In this document: in pieces, positions 9,265 through 19,773 of the stretch
How the letters are laid out: every line of letters starts with the position of its first letter
How positions within the stretch are numbered: position 1 is the first letter of the stretch
Assembly (NCBI GenBank): GCA_038251165.1
Contig: JBBSBP010000016.1
Location: 8,652-72,651, forward strand
Length of the DNA stretch: 64,000 nucleotides
Source: Bacteroidales bacterium
GTDB lineage: Bacteria > Bacteroidota > Bacteroidia > Bacteroidales > Prolixibacteraceae
Direction: 5' to 3'
Made by a program: the position numbers and the translations under genes
The notes under the pieces: model-generated
The model's database searches: none
The model's input: only the letters and a program-made list of their open reading frames with translations
What the model was told of the DNA's origin: nothing

Positions 9265-9735
9265 TCAGAAAAGTTCAGCTTCAAGTACATCCTTGATTTC
9301 CATGAAGTTATTTTCCAGAATCAGCATATTGTCAATCATAAAATTGAAAATATCGGGCCACTGGTTTTGCCGGTGAAAATCAACATGGGGAAGTGAAGTG
9401 TATATACGGCAAACTTCCTGTCCGCTTTCCCTTTCGTAGCAATAGTCCCAGGTGAGCGGTTCCGCGAAACCTTCTTCAAGCAGCATTCGGTATTTCAGTA
9501 ACGCCTCGAAAATTTCCAGCCGGCGGATCTCCTCCCTGCTGTTTATTTCAATCAAAACAAGCGCTTCATCGCGGGTCACCTCAAATTTCAGGTCAATACC
9601 GCTCAGTCCGGTATCGTACAACACCAATTTTTTCTTCTTATGGCGTAACTCCGGAACAATCCCGCAGCGGCGGGCAAATACGATCCAGAATTCTTTGCTG
9701 ATAAGTTTGGACTCTTCTTTCGAATACATGAACAA
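9265..9735 (-). CDS. DUF4268 domain protein
   Basis: MYSKEESKLISKEFW..F N-terminus, LYDTG..G, W.YCYERESGQEVCRIY, WPDIFNFM motifs. Confidence 0.7.
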   Translation of the reverse strand: MFMYSKEESKLISKEFWIVFARRCGIVPELRHKKKKLVLYDTGLSGIDLKFEVTRDEALVLIEINSREEIRRLEIFEALLKYRMLLEEGFAEPLTWDYCYERESGQEVCRIYTSLPHVDFHRQNQWPDIFNFMIDNMLILENNFMEIKDVLEAELF

Positions 9736-9742
9736 AATTTTA

Positions 9743-9777
9743 TACTGAGCAGGTGACTTGAAGTCACCCGTTCAGTA
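9743..9777. repeat. Intergenic palindrome (REP-like or operator)
   Basis: tactgagcaggtgacttgaagtcacccgttcagta, a long near-perfect hairpin without a U-tract. Confidence 0.5.
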
Positions 9778-9790
9778 ATATAAACCTTAT

Positions 9791-9825
9791 AAAAAAAGCC
9801 GGTCCCCTTGCAGAGACCGGCTTTT
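9791..9825 (-). terminator. Intrinsic terminator after eno
   Basis: aaaagccggtc...gaccggctttt stem followed by T7 on the minus strand. Confidence 0.85.
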
Positions 9826-9844
9826 AGTGATGCAGCTTATATCC

Positions 9845-11218
<1,374 letters not shown>

Positions 11219-11381
11219 TCAAATCATGACAAAGATAAGAAAAGCTTCGGAACTTTATTTGAAACGTCCGAAGGCATAACCTTAATTTAAACAAAGAAAA
11301 AATATGGTATTTGCTGCTGCGTTCAAAATCCTGTAACTTTTATCATTTTTACTAATTATCTTTCCGGCTCAAATCAGTAAA

Positions 11382-12842
11382 ATGAAGAAATCGAATATTC
11401 TCCGGAAAATTGTATTTGCCTGCACTATCAGCCTGGGTGTGTTCTCCGGAACAGCACAAAATCAGACTACCACCTTTCAGCAAAAAATTACAGAATGGCA
11501 AAACGCTCCGGGATTGACCAATGCCGGTATTGGTCTGGCTGTTTCCGATAATCAGACAGGAGAAGAACTGATCCGGTCTGAACCTCAACTCAGTCTGGTA
11601 CCGGCATCCATCCTGAAAGTAGTCACAACTGCTACTGCTCTCGAAGTCTTTGGTCCCGATTTCCGGTTTTCGACCTCACTCTCCTACTCCGGAATAATCC
11701 GGAATGACACACTTTTTGGTAATCTGCAAATCATTGGAGGCGGTGATCCCACACTTGGATCTGTCTATTTTCCTGAAAACAATCAATTTATGGAAAAATG
11801 GATCCAGGCGATTGAGGCCAATGGAATAAAAACCATAAGCGGAAACCTGGTTTTGGATGCGACCATCTATGAATCGCAAATGATACCCAATACCTGGGTC
11901 TGGGAAGATCTCGGGAATTATTATGGCGCAGGGGCATCGGGAATCAGTGTTTACGACAATATGTATGAGATTCACCTCAGTTCTGAAAATGCGGCTGATA
12001 AACCAACTAAAGTCATCCGTATTTTTCCGGAAATTCCTGATCTTGAACTTAAAAACGAAGTACTTTCTTCGGACCAGAACAGCGATCAGGCCTACGTTTT
12101 TGGCAGTCCGCTCGAAACCCGTAGAATTATCCGCGGAACCATTCCGAAAAACAAACCTGATTTCATTGTCAAAGCGTCGGTTCCTGATCCCGCAGCTTTG
12201 CTGGCCAGCGAATTCAGGAAAAAGCTTGCTTCATCCGGTATTTCACTTTTGGGAGTCAACAGATTTGAAAAAGCGAAAACCACTGAACCTCCATCCGGCC
12301 AGTTAGCTGTCACTCAATCACCTGCCCTTCGCGATATGATCCGTGTAACCAATCACGAAAGTGTAAACCTGTTTGCCGAACATTTCCTCAAACATCTGGC
12401 TTTTCAGGAGTATGGGCTGGGTACAACCAAAAACGGCTGTAAGTTCATCATACAATTCTGGAAGGAAAAAGGCCTGGATATGACTGGATTTTTCATGAAC
12501 GACGGCAGTGGATTATCGCGCTTTGATGCCATTACTGCCAGCCAGATGGTTTCTATCCTGAATTACATGAAGACTAAAAGCGCCTGTTCCGCAGATTTTT
12601 ACCAGTCGCTGGCAACAGTGGGAAACGGGACCTTAACCGTTTTCAGCAACGATAACTTTCCAAATCAATGTCTGCACGCCAAAAGCGGTTCCATGACCCG
12701 TGTGCGCTGTTATGCCGGCTACCTCACCGCCATTTCCGGACGACAATTCTCATTTGCGATCATGCTGAATAATTTTTCGTTCAGCCAGTCGGAAGCAATT
12801 AAAAAGATTGAGAAGTTACTGGTTGAAATGAGGAAGCTTTAG
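11382..12842 (+). CDS. dacB: D-alanyl-D-alanine carboxypeptidase/endopeptidase (peptidase S13, PBP4)
   Basis: PASILK (SxxK), SVN (SxN), DGSGLSR, KSG motifs; signal peptide. Confidence 0.93.
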   Translation: MKKSNILRKIVFACTISLGVFSGTAQNQTTTFQQKITEWQNAPGLTNAGIGLAVSDNQTGEELIRSEPQLSLVPASILKVVTTATALEVFGPDFRFSTSLSYSGIIRNDTLFGNLQIIGGGDPTLGSVYFPENNQFMEKWIQAIEANGIKTISGNLVLDATIYESQMIPNTWVWEDLGNYYGAGASGISVYDNMYEIHLSSENAADKPTKVIRIFPEIPDLELKNEVLSSDQNSDQAYVFGSPLETRRIIRGTIPKNKPDFIVKASVPDPAALLASEFRKKLASSGISLLGVNRFEKAKTTEPPSGQLAVTQSPALRDMIRVTNHESVNLFAEHFLKHLAFQEYGLGTTKNGCKFIIQFWKEKGLDMTGFFMNDGSGLSRFDAITASQMVSILNYMKTKSACSADFYQSLATVGNGTLTVFSNDNFPNQCLHAKSGSMTRVRCYAGYLTAISGRQFSFAIMLNNFSFSQSEAIKKIEKLLVEMRKL

Positions 12843-12853
12843 CCAATTTCCTG

Positions 12854-12890
12854 AAAAAAGAAAGCCCCACCATTGAATGGCAGGGCTTTC
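12854..12890. terminator. Terminator between convergent dacB and ilvC
   Basis: gaaagccc...gggctttc stem with an A-tract on the left (U-tract for ilvC). Confidence 0.7.
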
Positions 12891-12909
12891 AAAATATATT
12901 CGGAAACAG

Positions 12910-14388
12910 TTATTCTACAATTGGTTTCATTGCTTCCATGGTGCTGCGTAATTCTTCGCCGACGATTTCAACTTCATGGTAACGGATTTCTTCATTGATT
13001 GCAATTAATTCCATGTTATCAACATGATTGCTTTTGCCTTCGTTGAAGTTCTTACCAATAACACTGGTATCTATTTTACTCATAAAATCGGCTAACAGTG
13101 GTTTGCAGGCATGATCGAAAAGATAACATCCGTATTCTGCAGTATCAGAAATTACCCGGTTCATTTCGAACAATTTTTTACGTGCAATAGTGTTTGCGAT
13201 CAGCGGTGTTTCATGTAGAGACTCGTAGTAAGCCGATTCCGGTTTAATTCCGGTTTCTGTCATTACTTCAAAAGCCAGTTCAACACCAGCTTTAATGAAA
13301 GCGACCATCAATAAACCATTGTCGAAATATTCCTGTTCGCTGATTTTAACATTTCCTGCAGGAGTTTTTTCGAAAGCAGTTTCACCTGTTTCAGCTCTCC
13401 ATTTCAGTAAATCTTTGTCGCCTGCTTTCCAGTCTTCCATCATGGTTGACGAGAAAACACCACTCATGATGTTATCCATGTGTTTTTCGTACAATGGGCG
13501 CATGATGTGTTTTAATTGGGCAGCTAATCTGAAAGCTTCAATTTTTGCAGGATTGCTCAAACGATCCATCATGTGGGTAATACCGCCTAATTTTAAAGCT
13601 TCCGTGATGGTTTCCCATCCGTACTGTACTAATTTTGAGGCATATCCGGGATCAATCCCTTTTTCAACCATTTTGTTGAAACTTAGGATTGAACCTGTTT
13701 GCAATACACCGCAAAGAATGGTCTGTTCGCCCATGAGGTCGGATTTTACTTCAGCAACAAATGATGAATGTAAAACTCCGGCTTTGTGTCCGCCAGTTCC
13801 GGCACAATAAGCTTTTGCGATTTCCAGGCCATCGCCATTCGGGTCATTTTCACGGTGAACTGCAATCAATGTAGGAACACCAAAACCACGTAAAAACTCA
13901 GCGCGAACTTCAGATGCGGGAGATTTCGGGGCAACCATAATAACAGTAAGGTCCGGACGGATTTGAATTCCTTCTTCAACGATATTAAAACCGTGTGAAT
14001 ATGAAAGGCAAGAACCTTTTTTCATCAAAGGCATTGCTGCATTTACAACAGGAGTGTGGTATTTGTCGGGAGTAAGGTTTAATACAAGGTCAGCTTTTAG
14101 TATCATTTGCTCGAAAGTACCTACTTCGAACCCGTTTTCGCTGGCATTCACATACGAAATATGCTTTTCGTCGATCTCTACCTGACGTAATGCATACGAA
14201 ATATCGAGGCCACTGTCGCGCATGTTCAGGCCTTGAGCAAAACCCTGAGCGCCACAACCCAATATAACAATCTTTTTACCAAGTAGTTTCTCAACACCGT
14301 TGCTGAATTCCGACTGTTCCATAAAATCGCATTTTCCCAACTGTTCCAACTGGATACGTAATGGGATTGAATTGAAATAATTTGCCAT
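12910..14388 (-). CDS. ilvC: Ketol-acid reductoisomerase, long (class II) form
   Basis: GCGAQG nucleotide-binding motif, [24 protein letters not shown]; 492 aa with duplicated C-terminal domain. Confidence 0.97.
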   Translation of the reverse strand: MANYFNSIPLRIQLEQLGKCDFMEQSEFSNGVEKLLGKKIVILGCGAQGFAQGLNMRDSGLDISYALRQVEIDEKHISYVNASENGFEVGTFEQMILKADLVLNLTPDKYHTPVVNAAMPLMKKGSCLSYSHGFNIVEEGIQIRPDLTVIMVAPKSPASEVRAEFLRGFGVPTLIAVHRENDPNGDGLEIAKAYCAGTGGHKAGVLHSSFVAEVKSDLMGEQTILCGVLQTGSILSFNKMVEKGIDPGYASKLVQYGWETITEALKLGGITHMMDRLSNPAKIEAFRLAAQLKHIMRPLYEKHMDNIMSGVFSSTMMEDWKAGDKDLLKWRAETGETAFEKTPAGNVKISEQEYFDNGLLMVAFIKAGVELAFEVMTETGIKPESAYYESLHETPLIANTIARKKLFEMNRVISDTAEYGCYLFDHACKPLLADFMSKIDTSVIGKNFNEGKSNHVDNMELIAINEEIRYHEVEIVGEELRSTMEAMKPIVE

Positions 14389-14589
14389 TTTTTAAAAATT
14401 TTATTGTGTTTAAATATCTGTGCGGGTTCTGTTGATACAAAGCAATGGAATATTCATTAAAAAGCAGCGTAAAAAATGAAGTATTTTAGGTACTTTTCAT
14501 GGATTGCATTTTCAAAAGAACGATTTCCAACAAAATACAGACTAAATACCAACAAGTTATGTACAACTTGTTTTTGGTAATTTTACAGG

Positions 14590-15477
14590 TCATTTCATAG
14601 CATTCGCGCGATACTGAATCGGGGTCAGTCCGGTTTCGCGCTTGAAGAACTTCGTAAAGTACGACTGATCGTCAAAATTGAGCTGATTGGCAATTTCAGA
14701 AACATTCAGATTGGAATGTACCAGCAACCGTTTGATTTCAAGCAGCTGTTTGGATTTGATGATTTGTGAGGAAGTTTTGCCTGTCAGCATTTTTACGGTT
14801 TGGGTCAGATGGTTGGCTGTAACACCAATCCTGTCAGCATAGTCACTGAGCGAAAGGTTTTTCCGGTTGTTTTCTTCAATCAGATGAAAGAACCGTTTAA
14901 CCAGAATTTGTCCTTTCCCTTTATTCAGCATGTTTTCGTCAACCTTGTAACGTGCGGCACAGGTTGTCAGGATCAGATCGAGAATGGAACGCAGCATTTC
15001 AGGAATAAATTCGCCATTTTGCAGCGTTTCTGCAATACTTTGCCTGAACAACGATTCCAGAAATCGGATATCATTTTCATTTTCAAGCCACAATGGCGGA
15101 TTATCCTGGTGAATGGTGTAAAAAAACGGGAACTCAATCAGGCTGTTCTGATTGCTTCTGTTGAGCAGGTAAAAATCGGCTGTAAAGATGAAAATGTAAC
15201 CTTCAATGTCGTACGAAAGTTCAAGTTTGTGTGCCTGTCCCGGCGACATAAAAAATACACATGGAGGTTTGATCTCATATTTATTGCCATCAATCACATG
15301 GTATCCGGAACCTTTCATCAAATACAGCACTTCGAAAAAATCGTGCCGGTGTGGATATTTCACGCTGAAATGCCGGTTGGCATCAAACACTTCAACCTGG
15401 AACTGCTGGTTTTTCCGCTCCGGAGAACTGAAGTCAGGCAGACTGTACACCGGAATATGTTCGGCAGCTTGCGTCAT
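14590..15477 (-). CDS. AraC family transcriptional regulator
   Basis: PHRHDFFE cupin sensor domain; HTH signature SEIANQLNFDDQSYFTKFFKRETGLTP. Confidence 0.93.
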   Translation of the reverse strand: MTQAAEHIPVYSLPDFSSPERKNQQFQVEVFDANRHFSVKYPHRHDFFEVLYLMKGSGYHVIDGNKYEIKPPCVFFMSPGQAHKLELSYDIEGYIFIFTADFYLLNRSNQNSLIEFPFFYTIHQDNPPLWLENENDIRFLESLFRQSIAETLQNGEFIPEMLRSILDLILTTCAARYKVDENMLNKGKGQILVKRFFHLIEENNRKNLSLSDYADRIGVTANHLTQTVKMLTGKTSSQIIKSKQLLEIKRLLVHSNLNVSEIANQLNFDDQSYFTKFFKRETGLTPIQYRANAMK

Positions 15478-15597
15478 GAGAAGTTACGGATTTCTGATAA
15501 TTTATAAAGGTACGAACAAAATGAGTAAAGACAATAGTAATGCATTGGCGATGAAATGCAAATTCACAAGCTCAAATCGACAGAAATACAATTCATT

Positions 15598-16461
15598 TTA
15601 TACCTTAAACCGTTTCCGATATTCGGAAGGTGGGAATCCGGTCAATTTTTTAAATTGTTTATTGAAATGGCTAAGATTATTAAAACCACTGTCGAAGCAT
15701 ACATCTAAAATACTCAGGTTATTATCCATCAATAATTTACAGGCAAATTCCGTTTTTATTTGATTCAGGTATTCAAAAACAGTCATGCCCATATTCATCT
15801 TAAAAAAACGGCAGAGAGAACCTTCAGCCATATTAACCAATCCGGCGACTCTTTTCAGATCTATCTCCTCCCGGTAGTTGTTCATTAAATATTCATGAAT
15901 GATTGCAATTCGCTTATTCCCGGTTTTAAAACGCATTTTAAGATATTCAGTGCTCGCAAGCTGAATATTGGTATCACTTCTTCCAATGAGGTCCATCATT
16001 TTGAAAAAGTGCAGCATCCGTTCAAAGTTTTTCAAATAGGGTAACTGTAACATAATTTCACTCACTTCGTTAAGTGTGTGTCCAACAATATGAATTCCCC
16101 ACTCTGATAAAACCAGGGCCTTGGCAACATACTTGAACTCCGGAAGTGCTAATAACTGTGAACATAAAACATCGGAGGTAAACTGAAGAAAAACCATTTC
16201 CAGTGTCCGGTTCGACGGAGTTCTTGCCTCTTTGTCAGCAATCCATACATGAGGAAGGTTTCGTCCAATAAACACAAGGTCGCCAGGTTGAAATTCTTCG
16301 ATCGAATCAGCGACGATCCGCTTGCCCGATCCTTCAGTGATAAAGCTTATTTCATAATTATTGTGGTAATGCCAGGAACTTTTCTCCAGATTATCCTGAA
16401 AAATCCCTATGAAGAATGATTCATCTTCATTTAAACTAATTTGTTCAAACTGGGCCGACAT
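15598..16461 (-). CDS. AraC family regulator divergent from the corrinoid module
   Basis: WHYHNNYE cupin, GRNLPHVW, GFNNLSHFNKQFKKLTGFPPSEYR; start placed at ATG 16461. Confidence 0.92.
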   Translation of the reverse strand: MSAQFEQISLNEDESFFIGIFQDNLEKSSWHYHNNYEISFITEGSGKRIVADSIEEFQPGDLVFIGRNLPHVWIADKEARTPSNRTLEMVFLQFTSDVLCSQLLALPEFKYVAKALVLSEWGIHIVGHTLNEVSEIMLQLPYLKNFERMLHFFKMMDLIGRSDTNIQLASTEYLKMRFKTGNKRIAIIHEYLMNNYREEIDLKRVAGLVNMAEGSLCRFFKMNMGMTVFEYLNQIKTEFACKLLMDNNLSILDVCFDSGFNNLSHFNKQFKKLTGFPPSEYRKRFKV

Positions 16462-16551
16462 AGTGGTAATTATTGCACAAAAAACACGCAATATGTGAAT
16501 ATTGCATCAAAAATAGTAAAGATAGCTGTAGATATCGCATATTAGATCATC

Positions 16552-16559
16552 TATTTTTG
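16552..16559 (+). promoter_or_regulatory. Bacteroidota housekeeping -7 promoter motif upstream of the corrinoid module
   Basis: TATTTTTG matches TAnnTTTG, about 40 nt before ATG 16599. Confidence 0.55.
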
Positions 16560-16598
16560 CTTTAGAAAACTTTATTACACGAATATACCCCTGATATT

Positions 16599-17267
16599 AT
16601 GGAAGAATTACTTGAAAAACTATTGGAAGCTGTTGAATTAGGAAAGGTAGATTTAAAATCACCATTTCCGCCGCAACTAAGAGGACTTGATGGTTCCCTT
16701 GAACTTACAGTCAAAGCACTTGAAGCAGGGATCAGACCTCAGCAAATACTTGAAAAAGCCTTAGTTCCTGCTATGGCACGAGTTGGGCAAAAATTTTCCG
16801 AGAATAAAATTTTTGTTCCGCAAATGCTTATGTCGGCTAAAGCGATGGGTGCTTCAATGGTCCAGTTAAAACCTTTTTTTACTTCCGGAGAAATTAAAAC
16901 CAAAGGTACCTTTATTATTGGAACCGTTAAAGGCGACCTGCATGATATTGGTAAAAACCTGGTAGCCATGATGGTAGAAGGTGCAGGCTGGACTGTTGTT
17001 GATTTAGGTGTGGATGTTCCATCTGCAAGATACATCGAGGCTCTGAATAACAATCCGGGAGCGGTAGTTGCTTTATCAGCTCTTCTGACGACCACAATGG
17101 TAAACATGGGAGAAATTATTGCCAATATCAAAGCCCTGATCCCGGAGACAAAAATCTTTATTGGCGGAGCTCCTGTTAACAATGAATTCTGCCAGAAAAT
17201 AGGTGCAGATTTCTATGCACCAGATCCACAGGGAGTAGTTGATCATTTGAATAGGCTCGCCTCTTAA
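16599..17267 (+). CDS. mtaC: Corrinoid (B12-binding) methyl-acceptor protein, MtaC-like
   Basis: Cap domain (LVPAMARVGQKF..IFVPQMLMSAKAM), GTVKGDLHDIGKNLV (DxHxxG), LSALLTTTM, IGGAPV; adjacent to mtaB. Confidence 0.85.
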   Translation: MEELLEKLLEAVELGKVDLKSPFPPQLRGLDGSLELTVKALEAGIRPQQILEKALVPAMARVGQKFSENKIFVPQMLMSAKAMGASMVQLKPFFTSGEIKTKGTFIIGTVKGDLHDIGKNLVAMMVEGAGWTVVDLGVDVPSARYIEALNNNPGAVVALSALLTTTMVNMGEIIANIKALIPETKIFIGGAPVNNEFCQKIGADFYAPDPQGVVDHLNRLAS

Positions 17268-17394
17268 GCTTACTCTCCAATCCAAACAGGCGGTAATTTT
17301 CAAAGGATATTGACTTTACAACAAGTCAGTTCAGAATGATACACCCTAAAAATTGACGCCGACAACAACAGTTAAAATAGTAACAAACAACCAT

Positions 17395-18771
17395 ATGAAA
17401 TACAAAAGTTTAATTATAAACAATCCGGAAGACCTGATGTTTGGGATTGCCCCCAAACCGGTTAAAACAAGGCGCGGGCTGGAAATTGGAGGAGGACAAG
17501 TTTACGCAGAGTTGAACTTCACGCTTCCAATCATGAGTATTAATGACAGTACGCTACGGCAGGTTTATGCACATTACCGCGAAATTGCCGAAGGTGCCCT
17601 GGAACGTGCATTGCATTTGAATTCGAAAGGAGTTGTTCTCGAATTCGAGACACTGCTTGAAATGACCAAAACTCCGGACATTGGTGTTGAGATCGTTAAA
17701 ATAATGAACGAGGTTTGTGAAAATTATTACCAGAATCATGGACTTAAATCAGAAATAAGACTGACGCCAAACGATTTACGCGAATTTGAAAGACCAGCCA
17801 AACAACGCACATCGGCGTATTTAGATCCAATGATGGAATTGTTTGAGCGAGGAATGCTGGCTGGAGGCGATTTATTGTCGATTGAGAGTACAGGAGGAAA
17901 AGAAGTTTCGGACGAAGCTCTGATGATGTGCGACGTAAAGGGAATGATGTTCTCTTTATCCGTCCTGGGTGTAAGAGACATGCAGTTTCTCTGGAAAAAG
18001 ATTGTAGCGCTTGCCAACCAACATGGAAAAATCGCGGCAGGCGATTCGGCCTGTGGATTTGCCAATACGGCCATGGTTTTGGCCGAAAAAAAATACATTC
18101 CCAAAGTATTCGCCACCTTGGTCAGAGTAATCTCCGTGGTCCGCTCAATTGTAGCGATGGAAGAAGGAGCTGTTGGTCCGGATAAAGATTGCGGATACGA
18201 AGGTCCTTTCCTGAAAGCGATTACCGGAATACCGATTTCGATGGAAGGTAAAACAGCTGCCTGCGCACACCTGAGCCCGATCGGCAATATCGCTTCTGCC
18301 TGTACCGACTTATGGAGCAATGAATCGGTTCAGAATATAAAATTATTATCGGGAATGGCACCAACAGCATACATGGAACAGCTGGAATACGATGCCCGAC
18401 TAATGAACGAAGCACTGCGAACAGGGAGGATGCATTGTCAGGTATTACAGCAACTGCTGGTATCATCTGATGTTTATACTGATCCACAAGCATTAATACT
18501 ATCGCCTGAAAATGTTATCCGGATCTCGCACGAGTTGGTTAAAGGCGATTCGTATGTAGCCAATGCAAAATATGGAGCTCTGGCAGCGCTCGATATCATC
18601 GAAGAAGCACTCCGTTCAGGAAAAATGAAACTTCCGGAACTGGAGACCAATTATCTTCCGATCCTTCGCGATGATTTGAACAGTATTCCCGACAATGAAA
18701 GCGATTTTGTGGAGATGATGTTACCATTATTGGATCAGAATAAGTTTATTCTGGCAGAATACGGATTATAA
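17395..18771 (+). CDS. mtaB: Methanol:corrinoid methyltransferase MtaB family
   Basis: DLMFGIAPKPV..RRGLEIGGG N-terminus, LLSIESTGGKE, GDSACGFANTAM, GPDKDCGYE, SMEGK..ACAH, DLWSNESV. These match MtaB, including the Glu/Cys/Cys zinc-ligand motifs. Confidence 0.88.
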   Translation: MKYKSLIINNPEDLMFGIAPKPVKTRRGLEIGGGQVYAELNFTLPIMSINDSTLRQVYAHYREIAEGALERALHLNSKGVVLEFETLLEMTKTPDIGVEIVKIMNEVCENYYQNHGLKSEIRLTPNDLREFERPAKQRTSAYLDPMMELFERGMLAGGDLLSIESTGGKEVSDEALMMCDVKGMMFSLSVLGVRDMQFLWKKIVALANQHGKIAAGDSACGFANTAMVLAEKKYIPKVFATLVRVISVVRSIVAMEEGAVGPDKDCGYEGPFLKAITGIPISMEGKTAACAHLSPIGNIASACTDLWSNESVQNIKLLSGMAPTAYMEQLEYDARLMNEALRTGRMHCQVLQQLLVSSDVYTDPQALILSPENVIRISHELVKGDSYVANAKYGALAALDIIEEALRSGKMKLPELETNYLPILRDDLNSIPDNESDFVEMMLPLLDQNKFILAEYGL

Positions 18772-18826
18772 AATTTGTTGTTATAAAGGTTGGCCAATCA
18801 AAGGCTGGCCTTTCTATTAGTGCCAA

Positions 18827-19744
18827 ATGGGAAAAATTCCGACAAATATAATTTCAGGCTTTTTAGGTTCTGGAAAAACAACTGCCATTATCCGGCTTCT
18901 CAACCAGAAACCCATCGACGAATGCTGGGCAGTAATTGTAAATGAATTCGGCAAAGTATCCATTGATGGACAAACGTTAAGGTCGAAATCTGATACCGGA
19001 TCGGTTTATGAAATTTCGGGCGGCTGTATTTGTTGTTCGGCTAAAGGCTTTTTGAGTGAAAACCTGGGGAAAATTATCACCACCAGCAATTACGATCGCA
19101 TCATTATCGAACCCAGCGGACTAGGCGGAATTAAAATGGTTTCAGAAATCATAGACACCTTTCCGGATCTCCTGATGATGCCCGTAATTTGTTTGGTAGA
19201 TATCACCGGGATGGAAAATCCACGACTTCAGCAAAGCCCGATCTATCAGGTTCAGATCAGAAAGGCAGACCGGATCATTTTCAGCAAATGTGATTTGCTG
19301 GATTCTGTCGGGAAGCGAGATCAGTTAATCGTAAAATTTCAATCAGTCTACACCGGAAAAAAGTTCTGTATAACTGGCACTCAACTTTCGCCATCCCTAC
19401 TACATTCGGATATTTTTCAAAAGAATGAAAAACCGGGTTACCGGTTACTGACACCTTCTGATTTGGACCCAAAAGACCATAATTATCAGGAGAAATATTT
19501 CCAGTTTGGTGCCGATCGTATTTTTAATTCGGGAAAATTGAAAGAATTTTTCAATGAAAATCCGACCATCCTTAGGGCAAAAGGATATATTCGAGCTGAA
19601 AATGGGTGGGCTTTATTCAACTATACGCTTTCCGGATGTATCTTTGAACCTTGTCAGGCAAAAGAACAGAACGAATTGGTTTTAATCACAGAAAAAATAG
19701 CCATTGACAATTATTCTGTTGAGAAATTACTGATCTGGAACTAA
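18827..19744 (+). CDS. COG0523/CobW-family metallochaperone GTPase
   Basis: GFLGSGKTT Walker A, VNEFG, GGCICC metal motif, IIIEPSG, SKCD, RAKG. Confidence 0.9.
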   Translation: MGKIPTNIISGFLGSGKTTAIIRLLNQKPIDECWAVIVNEFGKVSIDGQTLRSKSDTGSVYEISGGCICCSAKGFLSENLGKIITTSNYDRIIIEPSGLGGIKMVSEIIDTFPDLLMMPVICLVDITGMENPRLQQSPIYQVQIRKADRIIFSKCDLLDSVGKRDQLIVKFQSVYTGKKFCITGTQLSPSLLHSDIFQKNEKPGYRLLTPSDLDPKDHNYQEKYFQFGADRIFNSGKLKEFFNENPTILRAKGYIRAENGWALFNYTLSGCIFEPCQAKEQNELVLITEKIAIDNYSVEKLLIWN

Positions 19745-19773
19745 CACCCAGCTCAAAAAAAGAATTTACAACC

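Noticed and set aside
13295-13810. Long antisense ORFs (e.g. 13295-13810, 14800-15507, 17736-18320, 48742-49362)
   Set aside because: Shadow frames opposite well-conserved genes, with no recognisable motifs.
16462-17394. Cobalamin riboswitch, or pyrrolysine read-through, in the corrinoid module
   Set aside because: No B12-box-like sequence recognised in the short intergenic regions; all module ORFs are uninterrupted and MtaB does not use pyrrolysine.
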